64,000 bases of DNA from Eledone cirrhosa (lineage: Eukaryota), in NCBI GenBank assembly GCA_964016885.1, contig OZ024761.1, positions 9,734,001 to 9,798,000 on the forward strand, in the 5' to 3' direction. Numbering within the stretch: the first letter of the stretch is position 1; each line of letters starts with the position of its first letter. Both the position numbers and the translations under genes were made by a program. The notes below the pieces were generated by a model. It was not told the DNA's origin, did no database searches, and saw only the letters and a list, made by a program, of their open reading frames with translations. This document shows, in pieces, positions 63,916 to 64,000 of the stretch.

Positions 63916-64000
63916 TATATATATATATATTATAATTGTTTCTACTTTTGGCACAAGGCCAGCAATTATCCAGTACATTACTGGTACTTTATTTTATCGA

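Overview
Eukaryotic, AT-rich, microsatellite-saturated animal DNA. The SINE, MITE and simple-repeat landscape looks octopus/cephalopod-like, but this is an inference. Two spliced protein-coding genes were reconstructed by hand on the minus strand. (1) The last six coding exons of a MAPKAPK5/MK5 kinase (62415 down to 54735; the 5' exons lie beyond the window), with a long low-complexity C-terminal extension. (2) A complete three-exon, 112-aa MIF/D-dopachrome-tautomerase-family gene (38743 down to 31701) that the ORF track missed. The rest is repeats: Penelope-like (Neptune-type) retroelement pieces embedded in (TA)n, several carrying hammerhead ribozymes or fold-back palindromes; a young 5'-truncated CR1-type LINE; RTE and R2-like LINE fragments; tRNA-derived SINEs; hAT, piggyBac and mariner MITEs; a Helitron-like element; and several minisatellites. 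The most notable observations are the hammerhead-bearing Penelope termini (including a two-ribozyme palindrome split by the LINE), an eight-copy array of an MK5 exon end plus splice donor, a ~100-copy 48/51-bp frame-preserving minisatellite, and a pre-miRNA-like hairpin. Nearly all long ORFs in the supplied track are simple-repeat artefacts. All structures were read by eye; no searches or folding programs were run.
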